Translations under genes and position numbers: made by a program | Part shown: in pieces, positions 52,584 to 64,000 of the stretch | How positions within the stretch are numbered: position 1 is the first letter of the stretch | Layout: each line of letters begins with the position of its first letter | The notes under the pieces: generated by a model | Seen by the model: the letters and a program-made list of their open reading frames with translations, nothing else | The model's database searches: none | What the model was told of the DNA's origin: nothing | Assembly: GCF_032062105.1 (NCBI RefSeq) | Contig: NW_026933720.1 | Location: 372,001-436,000, forward strand | Length of the DNA: 64,000 bases | Reading direction: 5' to 3' | Source of the DNA: Saccostrea cucullata | Taxonomy: Eukaryota

Positions 52584-54937
52584 ATGCCAGGACACAAAAC
52601 TGAATACTTCAACTGTGTATTGTGCTCTAAAAGAACAAAACCCAATGAAAGGAGGCATCTTGACAAAGGCATAAGAAAATATTTAAGAAAAAGGTTTATG
52701 GTGGAAGGAAGGGAAAATTCTGTCATCTGCAGCAAATGTAGAAGCAATTATTACAGAGATGTTTCATGCCGTAAATCATCTGCAACACCCTGCTCTACCA
52801 CAATTCACAGGGAATGTCCAGCGTCCGAAACAAATGACAACAGAAAACATCTCTCCAGTCCACCATCTGTATCCTTGCACTTAAAATCCACTGCAAAGAC
52901 TCATGCCTATTGTATCGTTTGTAAGAAACCAGGGCCCAAATTGATAGTAGTGTCACCAGAATGCCGCACATCTGTTTTTATTGAACACAATATATTAATT
53001 CCATCCGGAAATAGATGTTGTCCTGGTCATGTGGAAAATGAACGCTTCACAACTGATGCAATTCAGCAATTACCGACGACAGACAATGCATTTGTTAACA
53101 GAACTACCATCCTAAGTTTACTTCAAGAGATGCGTGTTTTATGTCATAAACATGACAAGTCTTATTTGGACTTTGATGACACCACGACTCTGACCGATAC
53201 AGACTATTTGTCTTTGCTGGGACACAACAAGGAAGATTTCCATACAATATGTGACGCTGTGAAAGATGAAGTGAAACCAACACCGTCTAGGAGTCTAAGA
53301 AAATCTGTTGCCATATTCCTGTGCAAATTAAAGACTGGCTTGTCAAATCAAATACTGTCAACACTTTTCCAAACTTCCAAATCCAGTTTAAGGAGGGCTG
53401 TTAGTGCTGTAAGAGCAGCATTGATGATCAGCTTTGTGCCACACCATCTTGGGTTTGAACACATAAGAAGAGAGGAAGTCATCGAAGACCATACACGACA
53501 GCTAGCACAGACACTGTTTGGTAACATCGAGAAGAAACAGGCCATATTGGTACTGGATGGCACTTACATATACACAGCTAAGAGCAATAATTTCCACTAC
53601 CAAAGACGTTCTTACAGTATCCACAAGGGGAGACCACTAATCAAGCCTATGGTTATCGTAACTACTACTGGTTACTTTGTCTCAATCTTAGGACCATACC
53701 TTGCTGATAATAAAAACAATGATGCATCAATTCTCCAACACATCATCAAAACAAATGCTGAAGATATTCGGAGCTGGCTAAGTGAAGACGACATCTTTAT
53801 TGTTGACCGCGGGTTCAGAGATGCTTTGCCTCTGCTTGAAGATCTTGGAATCCAGGCAGAAATGCCCCGATTTCTGCTCAAGGGACAAAACCAAATGACT
53901 ACTGATGATGCAAATATGAGCAGACTTGTGACAAAGGTAAATAACATGTAAATTCTCACAATAAAGTTATTTACAATTTCTTGTGAAAATATATATTACT
54001 ATGAATAAGTTTTGAAAAAATATTTTTTAGGTCAGATGGGTAGTGGAATCTTCAAACGCACGTATCAAGAGGTGGCGATATTTGGACAAGACACTACCCA
54101 CTAATCAAATTCCCTTCATCGGTGACTATGTCAGGATAGTTTGCGCACTCTCAAACAGATTCTCTCCACCCCTGAGTAAAAGTAACAACACTGAGGCTGA
54201 TGATGCAGAGGCAGCAAAAATGCTCTATCTGTCCAAACAGGTATTTAAGTTGCACAATTGATTTATTGTATAATACCTTAATGTACTAGTAATTGAGCAG
54301 CTGCAAAAATCTGCATTTAAGAATACATTTAACTTTTTTAAATTTCATCTTGCTCATCTCCCTTGAATACATAAGCATATAAGTTATAATTACATGCGTA
54401 TGGCTTTCTTAATAGGTAAATAATCTCAAACGAATGGTTCAAGAGAATGGACTTAACAGAAGATCTACTCAATGGCAAACAGTTCTTGAATGTGAAATTC
54501 AGAATTTCCCCATGTTCGATGAGGATCAGTTGCGGAATTTGACTTGTGGCACCTATCAATTGAAGCTCTCTCGTAGCTATATTCAAGAACACATTGAGGG
54601 AGGATGTGATATTTTCTTCCATAAAGAAAATGATAGGCTCCTAAAGGTGAAAATTCAGAGTCGGCACACATCATCAAAGCAGTATTTAGTTTGGATTGAG
54701 TATTCTGATTACTCTGTAGAGGCATGGTATTGTACCTGCAGAGCGGGTGCCAGAGTTGTAGGCATGTGCTCTCACATAGCAGCCATCATTTGGTACCTGG
54801 CAAAAGGAAGGCATGAACAAAGGACATATGGTGTGCGTGACTGGAGTGAGCATGTCCTTGATGCAGCTGACATCCCACCTGCTTTGGACGAGTCTGACAG
54901 TGATGACAGTAGCTGTGAAAGTGTTCCCGAGGAGTGA
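52584..54937 (+). CDS. Intact DDE_Tnp_4-type transposase (PIF/Harbinger-ISL2EU-like), ~694 aa. Exons 52584-53936, 54031-54240, 54416-54937
   Basis: N-terminal Cys/His zinc-finger-like clusters, HTH region ([15 protein letters not shown]), catalytic LDGTY / VDRGF / RWVVES, C-terminal [19 protein letters not shown]. Two phase-0 GT-AG introns, no stops. Element termini not resolved. Confidence 0.85.
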
Positions 54938-55024
54938 ACAGTTAGTTAATGTTAATTGTATTTTATTCATTGTTATTTTATATACACTGTATCTGTCATA
55001 TATAATATGTTTTTAAAAAAAATT

Positions 55025-56035
55025 ATGTTATTTTTTCAATTTACTTGTTTAATCTGCTGTATGAGTTTTAAGTCGGATGCGGAAATTGGGCCGCTCCGCA
55101 TGTAGAGTGTTATTTTTTCAATTAACCTGTTTATAATCTCATGTGTGAGTTTTAAGTCGGATGTGGAAATTTGGCCGCTCAGCATGTAGAGTGTTATTTT
55201 TTCAATATACCTGTTTATAATCTCATGTAAAGTGTTATTTTTCAATTTACCTGTTTATAATCTCATGTAAAGTGTTATTTTTCAATTTACCTGTTTATAA
55301 TCTCATGTGGGAGTTTTAAGTAGAATGCGGAAATTGGGCCACTCCGCATGTAGAGTGTTATTTTTCAATATACCTGTTTATAATCTCATGTAAAGTATTA
55401 TTTTTCAATTTACCTGTTTATAATCTCATGTAGAGTGTTATTTTTCAATATACCTGTTTATAATCTCATGTGTGAGTTTTAAGTCGGATGCGGAAATTGG
55501 GCCGCTCCGCATGTAGAGTGTTATTTTTTTCAATATACCTGTTTATAATCTCATGTGTGAGTTTTAAGTCGGATGCGGAAATTGGGCCGCTCCGCATGTA
55601 GAGTGTTATTTTTTTCAATATACCTGTTTATAGTCTCATGTGTGAGTTTTAAGTCGGATGCGGAAATTGGGCCGCTCCGCATGTAGACTGTTATTTTTTT
55701 CAATATACCTGTTTATAATCTGCTGTGTGAGTTTTAAGTCGGATGCGGAAATTGGGCCTCTCCGCATGTAGAGTGTTATTTTTCAATATACCTGTTTATA
55801 ATCCCATGTAGAGTGTTATTTTTCAATATATCTGTTTATAATCTCATGTGTGAGTTTTAAGTCGGATGCGGAAATTGGGCCACTCCGCATGTAGAGTATC
55901 ATTTTTCAATTTACCTGTTTATAATCTCTTGTGTGAGTTTTAAGTCGGATGCGGAAATTGGGCCGCTCCGCAGGTAGAGTGTTATTTTTTTCAATATACC
56001 TGTTTATAATTTCATGTGTGAGATTTATGTCGGGT
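55025..56035. repeat. Two-subunit tandem array (~40-bp A plus ~43-bp B)
   Basis: A = tagagtgttatttttcaatatacctgtttataatctcatg; B = tgtgagttttaagtcggatgcggaaattgggccgctccgcatg; irregular AB/AAB/AAAB order. Confidence 0.92.
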
Positions 56036-56079
56036 GTGATATTGTAGCAATAATCAGTAAAAAGGCATAGCTTGACTTT

Positions 56080-56394
56080 GCATATACACATTTTCTGATT
56101 TATGTATTTTCATGATTTACCTTAAAAATGTGTTAAAGTGAAGTTTACTTCAATATTTTATGTATTGTTATGAATACTATTGGAGCAAGAAATACAAATG
56201 TTTACAAAACTGATAATTTTGTTGTTATTATTATTGGAGCATATACACATTTTCTGATTTATGTATTTTCATGATTTACCTGAAAAATATGTTAAAGTGA
56301 AGTTTACTTCAATATTTTATGTATTGTTATGAATACTATTGGAGCAAGAAATACAAATGTTTACAAAACTGATAATTTTGTTGTTATTATTATT
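56080..56394. repeat. Direct duplication of ~159 bp
   Basis: gcatatacacattttctgatt...gttgttattattatt occurs twice in tandem (56080 and 56239). Confidence 0.9.
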
Positions 56395-57525
56395 TTAAAC
56401 TGACACTGTTACATTTGTAAAATGGTAAACAGCGTTACTGCTTATGAAGTATATATATTTTCTTTAGAGAAGTACATAAGTAAGAAAAGCAAACACTAAA
56501 CTCTTTTCCATGCCTCAGAATTTCTTTGAAAAGACCATGATAAATTGAGATTTATATAAAAATAATTGAATTTTCTCCTCTTTAGAATATATATGATATG
56601 TTTATTACTAATTAAGTTCACATCATGACGTTAAAGTATATATGATTGACGTCATGACGTTAAAGTAAGTAACGGCAACGTCATGACGTTGTAGAATTAA
56701 CATTGAGAACAATACCAAATTCAAACAGCTGTAAAAATAAAACTAGAAGAGATATTGTTAAAAAATAAAATGTTATATAATATACTAATCTAAGAGCATT
56801 GTTTGAAAAAGTTTCATCCGTTTCGATGACAGGGCGGATTTTTGTACATTCTGGCTTAAGTCCTTTATAGAATGTTGGAAACAGAAACCCCTCCCCCCTT
56901 TTGACGTCATTTTCAAGGCCTCATTTGTTTGGACATGAAAAATTTACGATAAAATTACATAGAAGTTCCAGATTAAAGTGAAAATTTCATGTTTTATGGA
57001 ACAATTGTGTCCCGACACAAACCTGAATTAACCGGATTTTTGGATGTCAAATGATCATATCAAAAGAGTTTTTCTCAGTTACACATAGGTCGCAAAAACG
57101 TCGTGTTCGAGGTTGCACCGCCTGGACATACCATTGCTTACACAAAAACATTACTAATTTATTAAAAAATAAAATTAATGACTTATGGTTTATTCTTTAG
57201 ATAGAAAACATGATGCTATTTTGATATTTTAAAATTCATTGATGTGCCTAAAGAAGTTTTAATTTTATGACGCTAGTCCACGAACTTTTTGATAATCCCT
57301 CGTAAACGTTATTTTCCTCTATTGACTGAAAACATATTTGGATATATTATCTTTCTGAAAACAGAAATATATATCATGTTTGTAGAAATTTCTATATCTA
57401 GCTTTAACGCTGTATTTTAACTATTTTATACCCTTTTGTGCATTACAACATAGATATAAATACATTCTTAATTTACGAGGGACGTTCAATAAAAAATGTC
57501 ATCAGCTCGATGCCATACAACATAT

Positions 57526-60500
57526 CGAGGGGTTAATGCCACAACCACGTATCACAAAATTCCTTAAATTTCACTTTTTGTTAGTATAATATGTTATTTG
57601 AGATGGTTTTTTTGGTGTCAAAATATCTTAATTATTGCTTAAGAATTGATATGTTTATTTAAAAATTCATCATCACATTATCTCATATAAAATGACTGAC
57701 CAGTGTCAAAAAGATGGCACCTATGACAAATATGTTGAGTCATACTTAATTACATTTTACAAATTATTTTTTAATCTGGATAAAACACCTTTACTTTACA
57801 TACAGTATTGTGCCTTTTACAAAATACCAGAGCAAGAAGAGAAATGTCACTATTTAAACCATGTATTTTGAGATACGTGGTTTTGGCATTCAGAAATCTA
57901 ACTGGTCAGTAAGTTCTCACAGCATTTCAAACCCCGCAGTGTAAGATGATACCTAACATGTGTATGTAATCTAAGGTTTGCAGCTGTGCTGCAGTATAGT
58001 AATAAGGGATGCTCTTATCTGGCCAGCGAACCTCTGGGAGGAAAATGTGTTATCAGAGCTGCAATAACCTAGCTTTACCATGGAACTTCAAGGAAAACAC
58101 GTGCTTGTGAAAAAGTTGTGAAATAATATATTAACAATGGGATTTTAAGTAAAGAAATGAGTAAGTATCTAGTATAATTCCTACAATAAGTATAAAACTA
58201 TAATGGTGATATACTTTGAAATAAAAAATATGAAGATATTAAGTATACAATCTGATCAATTTTGTCTATTATGTAAGACTTTGTATGTTTCACAAATAAT
58301 CCTTATTAATCAGTTTAATAATCTATTATAAATATTTCGATATTACAGAAAGTGAGTGAATTAAAATGGATTGGGATAATGAAGAAATTTGGGATGAATC
58401 AGTTGTTAATAAAATTCTATCTGAGGAGAGTACAAGCGCATGTGGAAATACATCAAACTGTGACAGTGTAAAAAAAGTTCAGGAAAATAAGAAAACATCA
58501 AAACATGTGAAGAAGAAAAAAATTTCTAATGCTGTAATACGAGCACAAAAAATTGTCAAATTTTATCAGAGATGTAAAAAGCCTGTCCAAAATACAAAGA
58601 AAGAAGAACAAAAGAGAACAAAAACTAAACAAGAAAGTTCGGACAGTGAATACAGCAGTAGTGACAATATCCCGCTGAAGTATTTTAAGGACAATAAAAG
58701 CGCCACGACCCGTAGGAAAAAGGAACAGACATACAGACAACTGTTTGAAGGTGATTGTGAGGATGAAGTGGAATATGACAGCGAAGATTCATACAAACCA
58801 AGCAAAAAGGATCAAAATTCCTCTGACTCCGAGTTTTCCCCTGAGGAAAGTAATGCAGAGAGTGATGTCTCAATGCAAGAGGAAGATCAACCTAAACGTC
58901 ATAAGCATGAAGGGAAAAGGAAAAGCAAGACAAACAAAACCTTTGCAAAAAATCCTGGCACCGCTGTTACGAACAACGTAGAAAAAGCAAAAGAAAGAAG
59001 TTTGCAAGAATCAAAGCTTAATACCTTGATAGCAAATCACCACAAATCCAGGCTTGATAGGCTTCTGGAAGCAAACGGGATGCTGCGGGAAACAATTACA
59101 TCTGATGGTAACTGCTTTTTCAATGCTGCATTATTTCATCTTCCTTCAATAGAAGGGGTTTCAGAGCTGAGGCATTTACTTTGTGATCATATGATAGATA
59201 ATGCAGGAGAATACACAGGATTTTTCTCCTCTCCAGCAACCCTGGATTCAGCAGAACAAGAGTTACTGTGGATGGACTTCAGTATTGAAGTAGATCAATT
59301 AAGAAGGGATGGAATATGGAGCAACAAAGCAGCAGATATGCTTCCACTTGCTTTGGCCAATTTTACTGGCAGACATGTTCGCATTTTTTCAAGTTCATCA
59401 GAGGCTTCTGTCTTAGACATAGAACCTACCATGCAGCGTTCTCAAAATACAAACCATATTTATTTGGCATATGTCGGATCAAGGGGAATATCTGAGCATT
59501 ACGATGGGTGTGTGAAGAAAACGGACCGTATCCAGCAGGCTCCTATGCAAACGTCAGAAAAAAATGCCACTGTAACAGAAACAACCGCAAATGCAGATGA
59601 AAACAATGAGGGCCTTGACACTCCTTTAGAACAGTCCCCTCTAAAAACCAAAACGCAACGAAAAGGAAGACCTAAAGGAACTCCAAAGAAAAAGTCAGCT
59701 TCTTTTATGACACCTCCAAAGAAGAAACTTTTTAGAAAGAGAAAAGCCACTCCAGAAACTTGGAAGAAAAATGTCAGAAAACAATTAAAGTTAACTGGAC
59801 AGCAGTACGTGTCTCAAAGAGGAAAAACTGTTAAAGCGAGGGTCATGAAATCTGTAAATTGCAGTAAATGTAAACTGAAATGTTCCACCAAAGTAACAGA
59901 AGAGAAAAGAAATGAGATCTTCAAAAACTTTTGGTCACTAGGTTCATACGAGCGACAAAAAGATTTTGTGGTATCACACATTGAGGAAAAGAAGACAAGA
60001 ACATATCTGGCAGATGATAACCAACCTGTCAAAAAAAGGCGACAAGTGCACAGAACCTATCATTTTGAGACTGATGGTAGCAGAACCATCATATGTAAGA
60101 AGTTTTTCCTTGCTACCCTTAGCGTTGGGGAGTCGTATATTGACCACGCCATGAAAAACAAATCTGGGGGCGTATTTGCTGGGTCGGACAAGAGAGGGAG
60201 GCATAGACCCTACAACAAGACCACTGAGAGGGCTGCACAGCTGGTTCGAGAACACATCGAATCATTTCCCGCATTAGAGGGTCATTACACCAGAAAAGAC
60301 TCCAACCGAAAATACCTTGGACAGGACTTGAACATAACCAAAATGTATGAGCTTTACTTACAGCTACATAAGGGAAATTTGAGAGAAGATGAACTGGTTA
60401 GTCAGCCCATCTACAGGCGCATTTTCAATGAAGAATACAATTTCTCCTTCCATATTCCCAAAAAGGATCAATGCTCTCTCTGTGTTAACTACCACAAATC

Positions 60501-62295
60501 AGTCAGTAGCAATACTACTACAGAAAAAGAAAAGGAAAACTTTGAAAAACATCAAGAACGAAAAAAACGTGCCAGAGAAGAAAAGCAAAAGGATAAAACA
60601 ACTGCCAAGTCCAGAAATGACACTTTTGCAGCTACATTTGATCTCCAAGCTGTCCTTCATACACCATGCTCCCTTGTGAGTCAGCTGTACTACACTAGGA
60701 AACTAAGTTGCTACAACTTGTCGATTTATAATTTAGGTAGCTCAAATGCAACATGTTATCTGTGGTCAGAGGTTGAAGCTAAGCGTGGATCCTGCGAAAT
60801 TGGAACCTGTCTATATTTACAGTTGTTGTCATTGCCTTCTAGTATCAAACATGCAATTCTTTATTCCGATGCCTGCTCAGGACAAAATAGGAACCAATTT
60901 ACAGCCACAAGTCTAATGCATGCTGTCTCATTCTTACCAAACCTAGAGATAATAGATCATAAATTCCTGGAGAGTGGACATACCCAGATGGAATGTGACA
61001 GCATGCACTCTGCCATTGAGTTTGCAAAGAAGAAAACGGAAATATACATTCCACAGCAATGGTCAACAGTAATCAGAATGGCAAGAAGAAAAGATCCATA
61101 CAACGTCGTTCCTCTTACACATGAGGATATATGGGATTTTAAGAAAGTGCAGTCCCAGTCAATGAAATACAGCAAAGTGGAGTACAATGGCACAAAGATC
61201 AACTGGCTTAACATCAAATGGCTCCGATTTATGAAAGAAGATTCTGAAAACATCCTCTTTAAATATGATTTTGAGGAGGAATTTAGGAAGATGAAAGTAA
61301 CTGGGAGTGGAAAACGAGGAAGACCAGAAAAATCCAAAAATCTTCCAAGAAAATACAATGGAAAACAGCCCGTTTCACAGGCAAAGAAAAAAGACCTTTT
61401 AAACTTGTGCAAATCTAAAGTCATCTCTCCAGAATACCATGACTATTACAAGAACTTGCCATGCAGCAACAATGTTGTGGATAGACTTCCTGAGCCTGAT
61501 GCCGATGAAGATGACACCGACAGTGAAACGGAATAAATGCTGTTTCTACCATTATGTGTACTGTGTATTAAGTTACATACATGTATATACAGTGGTGAAT
61601 ATATCATACTTGGATTAAGTGGTTCTTTGTGCATGATTTTTGTTTATGTCTTTGTTCTTACGGTGTTTATGCTTATGTTTTATTTTGGATTATGTTGGTA
61701 TATGTATTGGCAAAACAAATTATTTTTCGGTAATGGTTTGCAACATGATTTTTATGTATAATACATCTCTATTCCTACAAAACCATATCCACGCATAAAG
61801 CACTACAACTTTAATACTATTGTAAAATCTGTTCATATAATAGATACAAAGAATGCAAAAACAATGTAACTTTCTGTGCTGTGTTTTATCACCTATAGAT
61901 TCTATCCTTCGTATGTGATTTACACCAGCCATAACGGCGTATCTACAGAAACGATGTTTTGTCACTTGTTTTTAGAACAATGGAAATTGGATGTATTAGA
62001 GCCAGAACGACGTATCTCAGAATGCAAGCTTTATGCATGTATTGAATAATTAATATAAACAACATGTCTCAAACCATAAAACCTTACATTTTAAATTTTG
62101 ATTTAAGCATAATTCTGGTGAATTATGGTTGTTGCATAAGTGGCAATAGGTAAATAATGGTATACCAAGTTGACTAAAACAGATAAATTATCTTTAATAT
62201 GCATGTAAGTATTTTTATTTTTGGCTCAAACTTTGTCGGCCATTTTCTCCACAATGTATCTTATAGGGATAAGTGGTTGTGGCATTAACCCATCG
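57526..62295 (+). mobile_element. Complete Sola1-like DNA transposon (~4.77 kb)
   Basis: 28-bp TIRs cgaggggttaatgccacaaccacgtatc (57526-57553) and gataagtggttgtggcattaacccatcg (62268-62295), 2 mismatches; 4-bp TSD ATAT (57522-57525 and 62296-62299) fits the AWWT target of Sola1; single long ORF inside. Confidence 0.85.
58366..61536 (+). CDS. Sola-type DDD transposase with an N-terminal OTU-like cysteine protease domain and AT-hook, 1056 aa
   Basis: OTU-like SDGNCFF (D247/C250)...IYLAY..EHYD (H378); RKGRPK AT-hook; FHIPKKDQCSLC; catalytic FDLQ (D759), YSDACSGQNRN (D835), GHTQMECDSMH (D878). Uninterrupted ORF. Confidence 0.88.
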   Translation: MDWDNEEIWDESVVNKILSEESTSACGNTSNCDSVKKVQENKKTSKHVKKKKISNAVIRAQKIVKFYQRCKKPVQNTKKEEQKRTKTKQESSDSEYSSSDNIPLKYFKDNKSATTRRKKEQTYRQLFEGDCEDEVEYDSEDSYKPSKKDQNSSDSEFSPEESNAESDVSMQEEDQPKRHKHEGKRKSKTNKTFAKNPGTAVTNNVEKAKERSLQESKLNTLIANHHKSRLDRLLEANGMLRETITSDGNCFFNAALFHLPSIEGVSELRHLLCDHMIDNAGEYTGFFSSPATLDSAEQELLWMDFSIEVDQLRRDGIWSNKAADMLPLALANFTGRHVRIFSSSSEASVLDIEPTMQRSQNTNHIYLAYVGSRGISEHYDGCVKKTDRIQQAPMQTSEKNATVTETTANADENNEGLDTPLEQSPLKTKTQRKGRPKGTPKKKSASFMTPPKKKLFRKRKATPETWKKNVRKQLKLTGQQYVSQRGKTVKARVMKSVNCSKCKLKCSTKVTEEKRNEIFKNFWSLGSYERQKDFVVSHIEEKKTRTYLADDNQPVKKRRQVHRTYHFETDGSRTIICKKFFLATLSVGESYIDHAMKNKSGGVFAGSDKRGRHRPYNKTTERAAQLVREHIESFPALEGHYTRKDSNRKYLGQDLNITKMYELYLQLHKGNLREDELVSQPIYRRIFNEEYNFSFHIPKKDQCSLCVNYHKSVSSNTTTEKEKENFEKHQERKKRAREEKQKDKTTAKSRNDTFAATFDLQAVLHTPCSLVSQLYYTRKLSCYNLSIYNLGSSNATCYLWSEVEAKRGSCEIGTCLYLQLLSLPSSIKHAILYSDACSGQNRNQFTATSLMHAVSFLPNLEIIDHKFLESGHTQMECDSMHSAIEFAKKKTEIYIPQQWSTVIRMARRKDPYNVVPLTHEDIWDFKKVQSQSMKYSKVEYNGTKINWLNIKWLRFMKEDSENILFKYDFEEEFRKMKVTGSGKRGRPEKSKNLPRKYNGKQPVSQAKKKDLLNLCKSKVISPEYHDYYKNLPCSNNVVDRLPEPDADEDDTDSETE

Positions 62296-62314
62296 ATATG
62301 AATCATATACCATT

Positions 62315-63024
62315 CATCTTCGCTAGCCAAGGGTTTCCGATCCGATACCTACTCTACAACCCTTGGCAGATTTAGTCCTATCAAACGGGAACTTTGATTG
62401 CGCCGCCTATCGCCGTAATTGAGTTAAGTCCCTTGAAGCTCTTTAACATTTGTCCAATGAAAATAGCTGTAACATACGTAGATCAATATGACGTTTGAAA
62501 CAATATGGCGACCTCCATCTGGAATATATCCAAACAACTTCTTACAGCTGTGGGCAGTGGGCACGCCTCAAAAGTGGTAGAAAGTATCGTTCTTCGTGGA
62601 CTTTTAGTCAAGAGTTTGACACTACTTTCTACTTGTTGCCGTATCAATTATTATCAATGAGCCGTGACATTTGATTGGCTTAAATTGATGCATCTAAAAT
62701 GCGGAACACGGACTTATGTGGTCCTTTCAATAATTCTTGAAAACATATATAATTAAGAGAAAAAAATTCAAATTAATTAATCCCTTGTTTCTTAAGCATA
62801 GATCACGTCCTAACTTTCATCTATTGTAAATATTACTTTTATTTTGTGCATAAAACACGAACAGACTGTAATTCAGCCGAAAATCGTCGATTAGTAAAAA
62901 CTTTGCGAAGACTCTGACTTCGCAGCCAATCAAATTCGTTTGCGCAAGTTCTAAAATTTTCGGCCAAATCTGCCAAGGGTTGTAGAGTAGGTATCGGATC
63001 GGAAACCCTTGGCTAGCGAAGATG
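62315..63024. mobile_element. Non-autonomous TIR element (MITE), P- or hAT-like
   Basis: Perfect 59-bp TIRs starting catcttcgctagccaagggtttccgatc; 8-bp TSD ATACCATT (62307-62314 and 63025-63032). Confidence 0.9.
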
Positions 63025-63149
63025 ATACCATTAAGCTTGACTTTCTCTAATTATTGAATCTTTAATGAGTTGATAACAGTTTATTTGATCACTTTTCATC
63101 ACACAGTTCTTTTGTGAGAAAATGGAAAACAAGAGCTAGTCGAGACACT

Positions 63150-63540
63150 GCATATAAAATGAATAGTCAAGAATCAGAAAACTAGAGTGAAATTAAACGC
63201 TCCATCAAAGCTGCTGTAAAACTTGTTCAGAATCCCAAAGATATATAAACTGAAATATGTGAAATTTACAGCAACCAATGTCTGTTTTATACACACATGA
63301 GCAGGTGCATTTCAATGAACAAAACTGATATAATGGACATCAAAAATGGGTACCGTCCTTGGCGACAAGGACATACAACAACCGATGTATATTTGCAAAA
63401 ATTGAACAAATTATCACTAAGTATGTTTGATTGACTTTAAGACACATAGCAAATTTGATAGACATCATTTTGGGGGTAGTTCACACTGTTTTAAAGAAAC
63501 ATTTGATAGTAAAAAAAGTTTAATACTCAAAGGTCACCCA
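63150..63540 (+). pseudogene. Decayed mariner transposase N-terminus; its left end is probably at ~57476
   Basis: Degenerate translation ..EIKRSIKAAVKL..NPKDI*TEICEIY..DIKNGYRP..GVVHTVLKKHL resembles mariner HTH domains; mariner-like terminus ta|cgagggacgttcaataa lies just left of the Sola insertion. Confidence 0.55.
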
Positions 63541-64000
63541 ATATTTTGAAAAATGGGTGAAAACGACAGCGTGTAGGAATATCTAGCCAATTATTTAAAA
63601 AAAATTGTACTTATCCATGTTTGTCTGAAATTCAAACAGATAATGAAACTTGAATCCATTTGCTTTAAACCCCCAAACAAATTTACAATGAGATACACTT
63701 GACAAAACAGCAAAGGTCTGAAAAGAGAAAAGAATAGCAAGAGCACAAAAAAACAGTTTTATATGCTTTTTTCTTATAATATTAGTGGTCTTGTTGTTTA
63801 AATTCTTATTGGGGGAGTAATTTCAATTTCTGGAAAAGTCTAAAAAGCAAAATTTTAGCAAAAAAGTGAAAGGTTTATGAGAGGAAGGACCCAGAATCAG
63901 GAATCCACTACATTAAATTTCTTCATGACAGTGTCCAAACCAACAGGCCATGAAGAGTAGATGGGTTCCGGGGATAAAAAGAAAGTTAATGTTTTGTCAC

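Noticed and set aside
58498-61424. Antisense and alternate-frame ORFs within the Sola transposase
   Set aside because: Shadow ORFs of a long coding frame.

Overview
AT-rich, intron-containing eukaryotic DNA, most likely an oyster or other bivalve: it carries a 166-bp Cg170-like satellite inside a HINE element, Deu/Nin-type tRNA SINEs and Naiad-type Penelope RT fragments. Host genes: (1) four paralogous tetraspanins (two on +, two on -, convergent) with matching exon sizes; (2) a secreted ~630-aa mosaic protein (SUEL lectin + F5/8C discoidin + C-type lectin + Gly/Ser/Thr linker + CBM14-like domain); (3) a secreted short-chain-collagen-C4-like gene with a +1 frameshift. The rest is dense, nested mobile DNA. 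It includes an intact intron-containing DDE_Tnp_4/SWIM transposase and a complete Sola1-like transposon (TIRs, ATAT TSD) whose 1056-aa transposase contains an OTU-like protease domain with an intact catalytic motif. Most notable: the OTU-Sola fusion, a 38-bp array that multiplies a tetraspanin splice donor 16 times, alternative terminal exons in one tetraspanin, the four-lectin protein, and a covarying RNA structure at Naiad 3' ends. Gene models and family assignments were made by eye; no searches were run.
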